From Oligoflexales bacterium (lineage in GTDB: Bacteria > Bdellovibrionota_B > Oligoflexia > Oligoflexales > Bog-1112): a stretch of 48,367 bases of DNA. Shown here piece by piece: positions 47,437-48,367 of this stretch (position 1 is its first letter; every line of letters starts with the position of its first letter). The stretch covers positions 1 through 48,367 of the forward strand of contig JBGCEP010000067.1 in NCBI GenBank assembly GCA_045106415.1, given 5' to 3'. The notes under the pieces were generated by a model. That model did not search any database, was not told where the DNA came from, and saw only the letters and a program-made list of their open reading frames with translations. The position numbers were made by a program, and so were the translations under genes.

Positions 47437-48355
47437 AGACTCTTTTGTCTTATATAGCAAAGGAATGGCAATGGGTGCTGCTGACATTGTACCTGGAGTC
47501 TCAGGCGGTACAGTAGCTTTAATTACTGGCATATATGATCAGCTCTTAAAATCAATTCGCTCTATCAACACCCAACAACTCCAAAAACTTGTACGACTAC
47601 AGTTTCGTGATATATGGATTCACTGCAACGGGACTTTTTTAATCACTTTAGCGGCTGGTATAGCAACAAGCATCATTGGACTTTCTGGCCCTATTTTATA
47701 CGCACTTCAACATCACCCAGAAATGCTTCGGGGTTTGTTTTTTGGTTTAATTTTAGCTTCTGCAAAACTCATCGCAGGACAATTAGGGCCATGGCATCAA
47801 TTCCCAAAAATTACTGGAATAATAGGTATTCTCTTTGCAATCACGGTCAATCAAATTCCAGCTGCTCAAGCAGACTCTTCAATGATTTATATGGGTATCT
47901 GTGGCGCTATCGCTATTTGTGCAATGATCTTACCTGGAATATCTGGAAGTTTTATTCTTCTACTACTTGGAAATTATGACAATGTCTTAAATGCTATTCG
48001 ACATTTTGAGATCAAAACATTATCTGTTTTCGCAGCAGGGTGTATCACTGGACTCTTATCATTCTCCCATGCACTGGGATATGCATTGCAGCATCATCGA
48101 AATCAAACAATGGCTCTTCTAACTGGTTTCATGCTCGGGTCATTGCAAAAAATATGGCCTTGGCGCATGACAACACATTGGCGTATCAATTCTCACGGAG
48201 AACAAGTTCCGTGGATAGATCATGCAATTTTCCCTACCAAGTCAAGTCTTACAGATATCATTTTAGTTGTTATCTGCGCTGTTATCGGTTTTTTTCTAGT
48301 TCAGATTTTAGAAAAGCATGGGAAAGAAAAACATGAAATCACAGCGCGCATATAA
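47420..48355 (+). CDS. DUF368 putative undecaprenyl-phosphate translocase
   Basis: KGMAMGAADIVPGVSGGTVALITGIY and GAIAICAMILPGISGSFILLLLG repeats; KIWPW. Confidence 0.93.
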   Translation: MNSKIRDSFVLYSKGMAMGAADIVPGVSGGTVALITGIYDQLLKSIRSINTQQLQKLVRLQFRDIWIHCNGTFLITLAAGIATSIIGLSGPILYALQHHPEMLRGLFFGLILASAKLIAGQLGPWHQFPKITGIIGILFAITVNQIPAAQADSSMIYMGICGAIAICAMILPGISGSFILLLLGNYDNVLNAIRHFEIKTLSVFAAGCITGLLSFSHALGYALQHHRNQTMALLTGFMLGSLQKIWPWRMTTHWRINSHGEQVPWIDHAIFPTKSSLTDIILVVICAVIGFFLVQILEKHGKEKHEITARI

Positions 48356-48367
48356 AAACATTTTTAT

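Noticed and set aside
943..48336. Numerous short alternative-frame and antisense ORFs in the track (e.g. 2384-2779, 4151-4603, 5841-6185, 6524-6925, 22674-23054, 43786-44229, 47614-47979)
   Set aside because: They lie wholly within well-supported genes and show no motifs, so they are best explained as shadow ORFs.
1..48367. CRISPR arrays, tRNA/rRNA genes, prophage or anti-phage defence genes
   Set aside because: No regularly spaced repeats, cloverleaf/T-loop signatures, or phage/defence protein motifs were seen by eye. A small ncRNA cannot be excluded without an Infernal scan.

Overview
Bacterial chromosome segment. Gene content and order suggest Bdellovibrionota/Oligoflexia or a related deltaproteobacterial-type lineage; this is inference only. 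From left to right: (1) the truncated 5' part of an IS607-family serine recombinase (TnpA), which the ORF track missed because it runs off the left edge; (2) a sigma28-type-promoted Cys-motif protein, folA, tatB, a lipoprotein cytochrome c and two paralogous beta-barrel-like proteins; (3) a sigma54-driven flagellar export/regulation operon (fliL-fliN-fliO-fliP-fliQ-fliR-flhB-flhA-flhF-flhG-fliA-cheY-PilZ-like-DUF2802-like) that lacks fliM; (4) an AT-rich pair consisting of an orphan Tat-exported solute-binding protein and a hybrid histidine kinase; (5) class Ia nrdAB with tandem NrdR boxes, and an alpha/beta hydrolase; (6) an AT-rich islet encoding a DabAB/MpsAB-type inorganic-carbon pump, a translationally coupled unknown gene and a divergent NhaR-like LysR; (7) two pseudo-receiver/TPR proteins flanking a UPF0104 membrane gene, and an unknown lipoprotein; (8) housekeeping genes: pckG, FAD-linked 2-hydroxyacid dehydrogenase, maeB, dacB, trxB, Mrp/ApbC, DUF971, DUF4105/Lnb-like and DUF368. 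I saw no rRNA, tRNA or CRISPR array. All calls come from recognising motifs by eye; no database searches were run.
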